Assembly: GCA_041742075.1 (NCBI GenBank)
Contig: JBGSJJ010000015.1
Span: 65,132 to 129,131 of the forward strand
Direction of reading: 5' to 3'
DNA length: 64,000 bases
Origin: Minisyncoccia bacterium
GTDB taxonomy: Bacteria; Patescibacteriota; Minisyncoccia; Phycocordibacterales; UBA918
Positions 1 through 9,624 of the stretch are shown piece by piece; the first letter of the stretch is position 1; the number at the start of each line of letters is the position of its first letter. The notes beneath the pieces are model-generated. The model saw only the letters and a list, made by a program, of their open reading frames with translations, did not search any database and was not told the origin of the DNA. Made by a program: the position numbers and the translations under genes.

Positions 1-2
1 CA

Positions 3-1295
3 TGAGCCCGCTAAAGCCATGTTAGTACCGGTTGCAACTCCATTAACAAATAGACGTACGCTGTTATCTTCCACTTCTCCCGTAGCGCCACTATTTCTTT
101 GTTTATCGACAAAAGCTTGCACGCCTACAATGGTTGCATTTTCAGGTATATCAAATTGCAATCCATCAACTACTAAATAATTAGACGCTGTAGTACCGGT
201 TGTAGTGACGTTCGGAGTTGAACTGTCATTCGTAGTTCCATTTTGATAGCCAGACCAAGCAATACTTCCATACGAAGTATTGTTGGTACTCGAAAGAGCT
301 TGGGAAACCTGAGCCTTAAGTGAACCGACTGACGGTGTATGGGCTGACGGAATAGCAATCGTATGTGAAACCCAGTTTTCTGTTGCACTCGTATACGTAC
401 CCGGGTCTTCAGAAGAAGCGGTAGCAAACTTTTGCGCAACATTCGTTGAAGCGCCGGCAGCAGTGTTTGCCGCAATAGAGTTGAGATTACTGTAGCCCGA
501 AGGAAGAGCAGAGGCAACCACCTGCGCATCACCACTTCGAGTTGCCAAGAAAAGATAAGGTCGGACTGCGTCCATAGTAATAAGAGGCGGGTCAGTATTT
601 GTGGACGAATTGTTCGTTACCGTAGCAAAAGGCGCGCCGGCGTTTTGGATACGGTAGGCAATATATGACGCCTCTTCAGCAAACGGTATAGTGACTGTAG
701 CTGTGTCTACACCTGTCGCAAATTTCCAGAACACCGCTCCTGTAGCCTGTACCCCATCTTTTTCGTCACCAAGCTTGCCCCAACCATTACTATCTATATT
801 TAGTTCCCTTCTTCCATCCATTGAAAATACAACCAGGAGCAAATCCCCCGCAGTAACACCAGAAGGTAGTGTAATTGCGTGATCAGTGAGGTCACCTGTA
901 GACCGCCCAGAAGAAGTCGACATGATAGTTGGGTAACTATCATCTATACCGACCCCATGCCAGGTACTTTCTGTAGACTTTTTAAACTGAAGTGACGGCC
1001 TGGTGGTGGTGCCAGTACCGGTGACGTCTATCAAACCTCGAAAACGGAGTGTCTCATCTAGACCCCACACGATGTTTGCGTCTTGGGGAGCTAGCCAGGT
1101 TGCGCCAGATTCTGATCCATCATCAAAGCGGAAACGGAAACCTTCTTGGGCGACTTGCGCATCTGCCAAAGATACAAACAACCCGAAGAAAAGTACGGTA
1201 AAAGCCACGATACTCATGAGTTTCGCTGTACTTAACCGGTGTACTACTTGACCGATTATGGTGCTTTTATTCGGCTGTGGTGATGTCTGATACAT
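3..1295 (-). CDS. Secreted/surface protein, 3' end outside window (absent from ORF track because no stop codon lies in the window)
   Basis: Manual translation: open frame from ATG 1295 (alternative ATG 1217) to the window edge. MSIVAFTVLFFGLFVSLADA-Q signal-like segment, then QEGFRFRFDDGSESGATWLAPQD..., LPSGVTAGDLLLVVFS, FDIPENATIVGVQA; starts 17 nt after the giant gene's stop. Confidence 0.85.
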   Translation of the reverse strand, partial: MYQTSPQPNKSTIIGQVVHRLSTAKLMSIVAFTVLFFGLFVSLADAQVAQEGFRFRFDDGSESGATWLAPQDANIVWGLDETLRFRGLIDVTGTGTTTRPSLQFKKSTESTWHGVGIDDSYPTIMSTSSGRSTGDLTDHAITLPSGVTAGDLLLVVFSMDGRRELNIDSNGWGKLGDEKDGVQATGAVFWKFATGVDTATVTIPFAEEASYIAYRIQNAGAPFATVTNNSSTNTDPPLITMDAVRPYLFLATRSGDAQVVASALPSGYSNLNSIAANTAAGASTNVAQKFATASSEDPGTYTSATENWVSHTIAIPSAHTPSVGSLKAQVSQALSSTNNTSYGSIAWSGYQNGTTNDSSTPNVTTTGTTASNYLVVDGLQFDIPENATIVGVQAFVDKQRNSGATGEVEDNSVRLFVNGVATGTNMALAGS

Positions 1296-1312
1296 ATATA
1301 TGTGTATGTGGG

Positions 1313-4300
1313 CTAGCTGGTCGGTTCTACTGCTTCTGATTCTGGTGACGCTTCAGGCTCTGGTTCGACTGGTTCAGGCTTCTCTACTACTGGTTCCGGT
1401 TCTGGAGTGGGTGGGGGCGTTTCTTCTACGACTGGATCTTCTGGTATATCTTCCGTCCCGCTACCTCCGCTTCCTCTCGACCCTCCTTCCCCACCACCTT
1501 CGCTTACTTCTGGCTCTGGTGCTGGAGCTGGTGGTGGCGTGCTTGGGCCGGTACCCGAACCGTTGCCATTAAGGAGTCGGCGCAAATCGTCAGCGGTCAC
1601 ACACACGTCTTCGATACAGAGTTGTTCGGTTTCCACAATCTCCGTCTTGATACCCGTCACGGTAAGGACCCCATCAACAAAGTTTTGGGCGAGCGTCTTT
1701 AGGCGATCCCAGAGTGACTCACCTGCTCCACCAAAGACGATGTCGGTTGAGGTTGAAGTGAGTTCACGCATTATAGTCGCAGTCCGCGCGTCATCGAAGC
1801 GACCAAGCTTTACAAACATGAGCACAGTACCAACCTGTACTTGCTGTCCGTTAACCGTAACTGACTTGGCTCTCACATTTTGGAGCACTTCGATATCTTC
1901 TAGAGTTTCTTCAGCTTCTTCTTCAAGCTCTTCGGCGATTTCAGTGTCCGGCACAACTGGCTCAGTATTCTTCACGCAGTTCGTAGCGCCAGCAGAACCA
2001 ACTGCACCACCACCACCATAGCTACAGCCATCTTGAGCTTTCGGGTCAACTGGTGTCTCAGGAATATCTGGCAAACGAATATCGTCACCAAACTGATTCA
2101 CGAACCCTTCTGAGTAGGCATACTCACCCGTAAAGTCTTCAAGCGCTGAACCAACCACCACATCGCCTGGTTCAGCTTTTTTGCCCACGCCTGGAATACT
2201 GGAAAGCGCGATTTTGTCACCCACCTTGATAGCACCATTTTCGGTTGAAAGCTTAATTGGCACACGACCGGTAAGCGCAATCGGGTAGCCCGACTCGCGT
2301 GAGCGGAGTGAGGTGTCGTCAAACCCAAGGGTCATACCTGGCTTAGTTGAAACCACACCAATGATTTTTTCAGTTGTCTCTGTTGAAGCGCGACCGACAC
2401 TAATACCACCATCTGCATACACAATCTCGCCAGGTTCGAGGTTCTCACGACTGAAGTACATTTCAGCTAAGTCAGAGTTACCAACCGTAGCGGAAACCGA
2501 AGTGATTCGTCCCGTTGTCGACGCGTTACAACTTCCGTCATTATCGACACAGAGTCCTCCGCGACCAATCTGGAGACCTGCCATAGTGGTGCCGTTACCA
2601 ATGGTGGTTGTACCGTAACTGCTGACCGTGAAGACGCCTGAACCAACGTTCTGAAGATTAATGAAGTTACCTGCGTATGAGCCCGTATCGTTACCAAAGT
2701 TCATCAAGAGACCAGAGCCAGTGAAGGTTGAGTCTTCTTGGTAGAGTGCCATGAGGGCCGCACTCGTGATAGTGCGTGAGTAGCCTCGAATCGCGTTACC
2801 TTGAATGGTACCTTCGGTTTCTGCATACACACCAGCTGGCTCATAGAGGTCGCCAGCGTCTCCCCGAGTGGTAGCGCGGAGTCCAAAGGTCCGTCCGAAG
2901 CCGGAGAGCGCCGTGCTTTCTCCAAGGGTATTGGTACCTCTATCCACCTGCACTTCAAGACCACGAATGACGTTTCCTCTACTAGTACTGTCAGCCAAAC
3001 GCAGGAGATTACCCACAATAGTGGTCGTCGCACTACCGGTGTGCACGATTTCTGTCTGGTTACCAAACTGCACGCCACCACCACTGCTGTTTGCGAGACC
3101 GAGGTACTGCATAATGCCTGCTGTTGTGGTACCAGTGACGCCAGTCGCTTGAATTGAAAGCTTACTATTTGGCGTGGTAGTTCCGATACCCATGTTACCC
3201 GCTGCAGTCACGGTAAGAAGTCTGGCGTTTGTAGACGAAGCCAGCGCAAAGATGTCAGTTGTGCCAGCAGTACCAGTTACGGTAAGTTTCGCGGTTGGAG
3301 TTGTTGATCCAATACCAAGATTGCCGAGATAATCAAGTCGCATCCGTTCTGCTGGCACTGCATTATTTGCCGTAGAGAAAACTAATGCACCTTTGTATGC
3401 GCCATTTGTGATGTCAGTAATTATTCCAGATAAACCAGCCACGTTAGTCATGCCACCAGTCGTGCGGTTTGCACCGAAAAGAAGTTGAGTTCCGTTATTA
3501 TTTGTAGCTACTTCGTCATTTTGTAGTCGAGCCAAATCAAGTGTACCAACAGCACTGTTTATAATATCTAGCTTATACGCAGGGGCAGCTGTTGAATCTA
3601 GAAAACTACCAATTCCAAGATTTCCAGTATCACGCTCAACACGAAGTAATGGCAAAGAACTCGCCTGACTAAGTATTTCAAAGCCATTTCTAGTACCATC
3701 AAACCTACTGTTATAGCGAAGAATAATACCATCGCCTCCAGTCTCCTCTAAAACTACCTGTGCGCTTCCATTACTTGATGTATTTGAAAGTCTCAATTCA
3801 ACTGGATTAGACGTGCCATTTGCCGCAGAGAGATGTAATAACGCAGTTGAGTCCGGGTTAGCTGTACCAATACCAACTGCACCTGAACTTTTTACAGTAA
3901 GCAGTCGAGAGTTGGTTGACGAAGCTATTGCAAAGATATCGCCAGCCCCAGCAGCTCCAGTAATAGCTAATCGAGCCGTCGGCGTACTAGTACCAATACC
4001 TAGATTAGTCCCAGTGAATACAAAATCTGTACTGTCAGTAAGTGCTGTCGCACCACTGTTCGTATACATAATACGGTTAGCTGTGAAGGAAGAAGGTGTG
4101 TCGGTAAGCCCAAGGAACGTACCATTACCGAGACCAAGCGTACTCGTCGCCACCCAACGAGTACTGGTACCAGTAGTTTGAAGCACCATACCTAATGTAC
4201 CGGTGGCGTTGTTGTTGTCACGAAGTGCCCCTTGGAGGTAGGTGGTGCCAGAAAGCGTGAAGCCGAGGGTAGAAGAAGCGTTCACGAGGGTGGTGTTGGT

Positions 4301-7300
4301 GAGCATTGAGGAAGACGCGCGGACAAAGCCACCACTGGTTCCTTGTTCGTCACTAAGGAGGGCGGCTAGACCATTGGAATCGGTGAAGGCTGCTGAGGTG
4401 CCGAGGGTTGAGGTAGCCACCCACCTCGTACTCGTGCCGGTGGTCTGAAGCACCATACCTAATGTACCGGTGGCGTTCACTCCGTCACGGAAGCCGCCGG
4501 TGAGACGGAAGTCGCCGGCTACTGATAGTTTGCTGGCTGGGGAGCTGGTGCCGATGCCGATGTTGCCACTACTTAAGGTGGTGCCGGTACCGTCGACACC
4601 AGTACCAAAGATGAGGTTACCGATGTTGAGTACGTCGTCTTGAGTGGTGGAGAAGGCATCGATATCGTAACCAAGGAAGATACCTCGATCTACCCCTGTG
4701 GCGTTATCAGCAACACGATATCCAATCGCGATAGTACCAGTACCGTTGTTTACTGAAAGAGCATCCCTGCCAAGTGCAATATTTCTCAAACCAGTTGAGT
4801 TTGTAAACAAGGTGTAGCTACCGATACCGATGTTGTCTATACCAGTAGTGTTAGCAGCCAAAGATTGAATACCAAGCGCTGTATTATTTGAGCCGGTAGT
4901 GTTTTGTGTAAGTGTTAGTTCACCGAGCGCGATGTTATAAGAACCACTTGTGTTTTCATCAAGAGCAAATGGTCCTATGGCCACATTATTGAGGCCACTC
5001 ATGAGTGCGGTTGAAGAGCCAAATAACGCATTTTGTCCGATGGCAGTATTATTCGTACCGGTTCCTAAGAAACGAAGTGCCCCATCACCAATCGCGTAAT
5101 TGTAGGTACCGGTGGTAATAGAGGTAGATGACGCGCCGGCGAAGAAGAAGTTATTGCGTGTTGTCGAGCCGGTTAGCACTGGAGTAGTACCCATGAAGTA
5201 ACCAGCTGAGGCGGTGCTTGAGCCATTAATTGCAAGTGTGCCGAAAACAGTTGGCGCAGTAAGGATTGACGACGATGCGCGGACGAAGCCACCACTAGTT
5301 CCCTGTTCGTCACTAAGGAGGGCGGCGAGGCCGTTTGAATCACTGAAAGCGGCTGAAGCGCCGAGGGTTGAAGTAGCGACCCAGCGGGTTGAGGTGCCAG
5401 TCGTTTGGAGAATCATCCCCAGCGTACCCCTGCTACCAGAGTTATCACGAAGACCACCGGTTAGGGTGAGGTCGGTGAGGGTTGAAGTGCCGGTCACAGC
5501 AAGGGTGCCGGTTGCGGTTAAGTTGCCGCCGAAGTAGCCACTGCCAGCGACGGTGAGTTTGCTGCTTGGAGTGGTGGTACCAATACCAACCGCACCATCA
5601 TTAGCAATCACAAATGGGCTCGTGTCACCGAGTACATCATTTACCTGAAAGCTTATATCACTCGTTTCGTTAAGAACGAACAAAGCTGCGCCAGCAGTGA
5701 TTGAACTCGTACCCACAGCGACATCTCCATTAGCTTCAACCGCAAATGATGCTTGCCACGTCGCTCCAGAGTCGTTGCTTCTTCCGATACCAAATACAGA
5801 CTCACTACCTGAAGCATCACCAAACTGAAGAGCGTGACGATTTCCACCTTCTAACGTAGCCAGAGTGAAGCGTCGAGCAGAATTAGCATCGGTTTCCATA
5901 CCGAGCGCGTACGGGTCGTTATTTTCCGCTACGCTATTGTTAAATGTCATAAGCAAATTCTGATTTCCTACCGTCAGTAGGTACGGTGGTGTGCTGGTGC
6001 CAATCCCCACATTGCCATTACCATTAATTCGTATCCGTTCCGTGTTATTAGTGCCAAGAATAAGAGCGTTATTGTTTACGTTTCCGACTACCAGTGGAAA
6101 GTCTCGACCGGCATCTTGTGCAATAAGAGCGGCTGTGCCAGAGCTAAAACCAAAGAGTGTTCCGCCTGTCTGCCCAATATAAATATCGGCCGTGTTGCCA
6201 AAGTTTCGTATGTATTGAAAACCACTCGTGGTACCATCGCCCACCTGCAATTGGTAAGCAGGATTTGCAGTACCAATACCAACATTTCCTGTCGCACTAT
6301 CGACAAACAGCGTCGGTGTTGTCCCTGTCCCCACCCTGAAGTTCCCCCACACATCAAGCTTACTCGCTGGCGTCGTAGTACCAATACCTACATCACCACC
6401 ACTGGTGACAGTAAATAGACGTGCATTTGTGGACGAAGCTACCGCAAAGATGTCACTCGTGCCAGCAGTGCCTGTTATGGCGAGCTTGGCTGATGGGGTT
6501 GATGAGCCGATGCCGATGTTGCCAAATCGATTTATAGTCATTCGCTGTTCCTCAGCACCAGTCCAGAACTGAATCGATCCTTCTGGGTCACTTGGACCAC
6601 TTGGATTACCAGCCACAAAAAGAATATTTCCTCGCTGGTCCGATAATTCATTAAAATCATTACCCCGAGCGAGGAAATAGGCACCCTGGCTAGAATTATT
6701 TGAACCTCTACCAGCGGCAAAAAAGCCGATACTAGCATTGACTGTCCCAGAATTTTCTGATGAGAGGTAGAACAGATTGTCAGTCGCCTGAGAGCCTCCA
6801 TTTAATAAAATATTATTGGTAAATTCAGTTAAACCATTAAAAGTAGTTTTGCTCGTAGAAACATCTGTAAAGAGTGCTGGCACCGTACCAGTCCCCACGC
6901 GGAAGTTCCCCCACACATCGAGCTTTGCATTGCTGTGAGCAGTAGTTGAGCCGATAGCTAAGCTATCACTGAGTGACGTGAGGTATGAAGTAGCGCCACC
7001 ATCAGTGAAGAGTGACCCGCTTCCAAACCCAAGCGTTGAGGTAGCTACCCACCTCGTACTCGTGCCGGTAGTCTGGAGCACCATACCAAGGGTACCCGTC
7101 GCGTTGTTGTTGTCTCGGAGGGCCCCTTGGAGGTAGGTGGTGCCAGAGAGGGTGAAGCCAAGAGTAGAGGAGGCGTTGATGAGCGTAGTGTTGGTGAGCA
7201 TGGAAGAAGACGCGCGGACGAAGCCACCACTCGTGCCTTGTTCATCAGACAGAAGCGCAGCGAGTTCTGATGAGTTAATGAACTGAGCTGAAAGACCGAG

Positions 7301-9619
7301 GGATGAAGTCGCAATTTGATTCCAGGTATTGCCTGCTCCACCAATGAGGAGTTGGTTCACGCCAGTGGTTGAGGTACCGGTGCCTCCACGGGTTGGGGCT
7401 AAGATACCGATGGTATCTGAAAGCGCGATGCCGAGTGTACTGGTAGCAATCCACCGTGTAGAGGTACCGGTAGTTTGCAGCACCATACCTAAAGTACCAG
7501 TGGCGTTGTTGTTATCTCGGAGGGCACCGTTTAGGTACGTCACTCCAGCCAAGGTGAGGTTGGTTGATGAGGCGTTGAAGAGTGTTGGGGCGGTGAGGAA
7601 AGAGGAGGAAGCGCGGACGAAGCCACCTGAGGTGCCTTGTTCGTCGGTAAGAGCAAGAGCGAAGTTGTCTGATGATGGTGTTGCGAGGAAGGTCGCAACG
7701 TTGGTACCAAGACCTGAGACACCAGTACTAATCGGGAGACCAGTGGCGTTCGTGAGCACACCAGAGATTGGGGTGCCAAGAGCTGGAGCGATTAAGGTTG
7801 GACTGGTGAGGGTAGAGGAAGACGCACGAACGAAGCCACCTGAGGTACCGTTCTCATCAGAGAGGAGGGCGGCGAGTTGGTCGGAGTTGGTGAAGGCTAG
7901 TGAGGTTCCTAACGTTGAAGTAGCCACCCACTGAGTACTGGTGCCGGTGGTTTGGAGGATCATCCCGAGGGTACCACCTGAGTTAGAGGCGTCACGGAAG
8001 CGACCGGTAAGGGTGAGGTCAGAGAGAGTACTCGTGCCAGTAATTGATAGGGTGCCGGTTGCAATCACGTTACCAGCGACAGTAAGCAGAGCTGACGGTG
8101 AAGTGGTACCGATACCGACGTTGCCATTTGTCATCACGGTCATGCGCGACACACCGTTCGTGAACAGACGTAAGTCGTGGTTACTAATCGTGCCAATGAA
8201 ACCTTGCGAGGTGTCTGAACGTAATTCGGTAACTACATTGTTGGTAGTATTGATAGTCCTCAGTCCAGCTTCAGCAGAAGTTCCTTCTAGATGCAGAAGG
8301 CGTGCTGGTGAAGTCGTACCGATACCGAGTCTCGTCCCGGTAAATACAAACGTGTCACTATCAGTGAGTCCAGTTGCACCACTGTTTGTAAACGGAATCC
8401 GGTTGGCGTTGTACGCACTTGGTGTATCACTCAATCCCAAAAAGGTGTTGTTGCCAAAGCCAAGGGTAGAGGTACTCGTCCAGGTAGGCTGACCGCCCGA
8501 GACAGCAAGCACCTGACCAGCTGTACCAATACTAAGCGCAGCCGGTGTGTCAATTGCCGACGCGTAAAAGAGTGAACCACTCGGCATCGACGGCATGTCC
8601 GCTAAGTCAAACAAAGACGATCCCGAGAGGTCAGACAAGTAGGCATTGTCGAGAGCACAAATAGTACCGTTACAAGAAAAATCACCGAAGTCTAAGTTTG
8701 CCAGGTTGGTTGGTCCAATTGCATTTGCCGTTATTTCTTGTCCGGTGAGTGACAGGTAATCTTCTCCGGCTAAAGTGACAGCATCATGCCCAGCTGAAAA
8801 CCCAAGTGAGCTGGTCGCTACCCACTGGGTGCTTGTACCAGTTGTGAGAAGCACCATCCCAAGCGTACCGCGACTGCTGGCGTTGTCTCTAAGGCCACCC
8901 GTAAGCGTGAGGTCGGAGAGCGTGGTAGTACCCGTGACAGCCAAGGTACCCGTTGCGGATACGCTACCCCCGAAGTAGCTGTTTCCACTGACGGTGAGTC
9001 TCGCTGACGGAGTACTTGAGCCGATACCGACGTTGCCCGAGTTAGTTATCGTAAACAAATTGGTCACTCCTGAAAATAGTTCAAGTAAGTTACCGGCTCC
9101 ATTTTGAATCAAGGTGAGAAGTGCATTTGAACTTGTGGTAGCGAGTGTACCAGCCTGGTCACTGCGTAAGAAACTGGTCGTAGCTAAGCCTCCAAACTGC
9201 TCAGCGTTTTGCGCCTCAAACGCGGCTGGTACCGTTCCGAGAATCTTTCGTGGCGACATTTCGGCATCGGCCTCGATACTCACACCAAGGTAAAGAGTTT
9301 GCGTAAAGTCGACTCCTGCGCTCGCAAAAGAGGTGGTACTGCCGAGCATAACTGAGAAGAGTCCATTTGTAACCGTCACTTCGTTTGTACCATCGAGCGT
9401 CTCTGTCCAAATAGGTGAACCAGTTGAGGCAACGGTGTAGAGTGAGAATTCCATCTCATAGGTGCCGTTTGGAACCGCCACACCAGCGTTTGTGGTGAGC
9501 TTTCCTTGGTAGTTGATAGTCGGACTTTGCGCCAGTACTTGGGTCGATACAAACAGACCACAGGCAAAAACAATCAGGGTAGCGATCGTAAGTTGCAGTT
9601 GTAGCCGGAAGTGAATCAT
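1313..9619 (-). CDS. Giant (2768 aa) repetitive fibre/adhesin-like surface protein with C-terminal peptidase-G2/intramolecular-chaperone-like domain
   Basis: Signal peptide (..QVLA-Q), INYQGKLT N-domain, many G[NT][VIL]GIG[TS][TS]xP repeats, 14-aa NxAIG beta-roll repeats, SDLAEMY...GVVSTKPG...ALTGRVP domain, LCIEDVCVT motif and P/E-rich tail. Confidence 0.9.
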   Translation of the reverse strand: MIHFRLQLQLTIATLIVFACGLFVSTQVLAQSPTINYQGKLTTNAGVAVPNGTYEMEFSLYTVASTGSPIWTETLDGTNEVTVTNGLFSVMLGSTTSFASAGVDFTQTLYLGVSIEADAEMSPRKILGTVPAAFEAQNAEQFGGLATTSFLRSDQAGTLATTSSNALLTLIQNGAGNLLELFSGVTNLFTITNSGNVGIGSSTPSARLTVSGNSYFGGSVSATGTLAVTGTTTLSDLTLTGGLRDNASSRGTLGMVLLTTGTSTQWVATSSLGFSAGHDAVTLAGEDYLSLTGQEITANAIGPTNLANLDFGDFSCNGTICALDNAYLSDLSGSSLFDLADMPSMPSGSLFYASAIDTPAALSIGTAGQVLAVSGGQPTWTSTSTLGFGNNTFLGLSDTPSAYNANRIPFTNSGATGLTDSDTFVFTGTRLGIGTTSPARLLHLEGTSAEAGLRTINTTNNVVTELRSDTSQGFIGTISNHDLRLFTNGVSRMTVMTNGNVGIGTTSPSALLTVAGNVIATGTLSITGTSTLSDLTLTGRFRDASNSGGTLGMILQTTGTSTQWVATSTLGTSLAFTNSDQLAALLSDENGTSGGFVRASSSTLTSPTLIAPALGTPISGVLTNATGLPISTGVSGLGTNVATFLATPSSDNFALALTDEQGTSGGFVRASSSFLTAPTLFNASSTNLTLAGVTYLNGALRDNNNATGTLGMVLQTTGTSTRWIATSTLGIALSDTIGILAPTRGGTGTSTTGVNQLLIGGAGNTWNQIATSSLGLSAQFINSSELAALLSDEQGTSGGFVRASSSMLTNTTLINASSTLGFTLSGTTYLQGALRDNNNATGTLGMVLQTTGTSTRWVATSTLGFGSGSLFTDGGATSYLTSLSDSLAIGSTTAHSNAKLDVWGNFRVGTGTVPALFTDVSTSKTTFNGLTEFTNNILLNGGSQATDNLFYLSSENSGTVNASIGFFAAGRGSNNSSQGAYFLARGNDFNELSDQRGNILFVAGNPSGPSDPEGSIQFWTGAEEQRMTINRFGNIGIGSSTPSAKLAITGTAGTSDIFAVASSTNARLFTVTSGGDVGIGTTTPASKLDVWGNFRVGTGTTPTLFVDSATGNVGIGTANPAYQLQVGDGTTSGFQYIRNFGNTADIYIGQTGGTLFGFSSGTAALIAQDAGRDFPLVVGNVNNNALILGTNNTERIRINGNGNVGIGTSTPPYLLTVGNQNLLMTFNNSVAENNDPYALGMETDANSARRFTLATLEGGNRHALQFGDASGSESVFGIGRSNDSGATWQASFAVEANGDVAVGTSSITAGAALFVLNETSDISFQVNDVLGDTSPFVIANDGAVGIGTTTPSSKLTVAGSGYFGGNLTATGTLAVTGTSTLTDLTLTGGLRDNSGSRGTLGMILQTTGTSTRWVATSTLGASAAFSDSNGLAALLSDEQGTSGGFVRASSSILTAPTVFGTLAINGSSTASAGYFMGTTPVLTGSTTRNNFFFAGASSTSITTGTYNYAIGDGALRFLGTGTNNTAIGQNALFGSSTALMSGLNNVAIGPFALDENTSGSYNIALGELTLTQNTTGSNNTALGIQSLAANTTGIDNIGIGSYTLFTNSTGLRNIALGRDALSVNNGTGTIAIGYRVADNATGVDRGIFLGYDIDAFSTTQDDVLNIGNLIFGTGVDGTGTTLSSGNIGIGTSSPASKLSVAGDFRLTGGFRDGVNATGTLGMVLQTTGTSTRWVATSTLGTSAAFTDSNGLAALLSDEQGTSGGFVRASSSMLTNTTLVNASSTLGFTLSGTTYLQGALRDNNNATGTLGMVLQTTGTSTRWVATSTLGLGNGTFLGLTDTPSSFTANRIMYTNSGATALTDSTDFVFTGTNLGIGTSTPTARLAITGAAGAGDIFAIASSTNSRLLTVKSSGAVGIGTANPDSTALLHLSAANGTSNPVELRLSNTSSNGSAQVVLEETGGDGIILRYNSRFDGTRNGFEILSQASSLPLLRVERDTGNLGIGSFLDSTAAPAYKLDIINSAVGTLDLARLQNDEVATNNNGTQLLFGANRTTGGMTNVAGLSGIITDITNGAYKGALVFSTANNAVPAERMRLDYLGNLGIGSTTPTAKLTVTGTAGTTDIFALASSTNARLLTVTAAGNMGIGTTTPNSKLSIQATGVTGTTTAGIMQYLGLANSSGGGVQFGNQTEIVHTGSATTTIVGNLLRLADSTSRGNVIRGLEVQVDRGTNTLGESTALSGFGRTFGLRATTRGDAGDLYEPAGVYAETEGTIQGNAIRGYSRTITSAALMALYQEDSTFTGSGLLMNFGNDTGSYAGNFINLQNVGSGVFTVSSYGTTTIGNGTTMAGLQIGRGGLCVDNDGSCNASTTGRITSVSATVGNSDLAEMYFSRENLEPGEIVYADGGISVGRASTETTEKIIGVVSTKPGMTLGFDDTSLRSRESGYPIALTGRVPIKLSTENGAIKVGDKIALSSIPGVGKKAEPGDVVVGSALEDFTGEYAYSEGFVNQFGDDIRLPDIPETPVDPKAQDGCSYGGGGAVGSAGATNCVKNTEPVVPDTEIAEELEEEAEETLEDIEVLQNVRAKSVTVNGQQVQVGTVLMFVKLGRFDDARTATIMRELTSTSTDIVFGGAGESLWDRLKTLAQNFVDGVLTVTGIKTEIVETEQLCIEDVCVTADDLRRLLNGNGSGTGPSTPPPAPAPEPEVSEGGGEGGSRGSGGSGTEDIPEDPVVEETPPPTPEPEPVVEKPEPVEPEPEASPESEAVEPTS
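4133..4369 (-). repeat. 79-codon internal module of the giant gene, copy B (copy A at 7028-7264)
   Basis: LAALLSDEQG...RWVATSTLG is 78/79 aa identical between the two copies, with many synonymous DNA differences. Confidence 0.9.
7028..7264 (-). repeat. 79-codon internal module of the giant gene, copy A
   Basis: Same module as 4133-4369. The GTLGM[VI]LxTTGTSTxW[VI]ATS[ST]LG submodule occurs 7 times and [ST]DE[QN]GTSGGFVRASSS 5 times in the protein. Confidence 0.9.
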
Positions 9620-9624
9620 ACCGG

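Noticed and set aside
1407-8978. Many + strand ORFs (up to ~200 aa) inside the giant gene
   Set aside because: Antisense shadows of Gly/Thr/Ser-rich codons; they repeat in step with the real protein's repeats.
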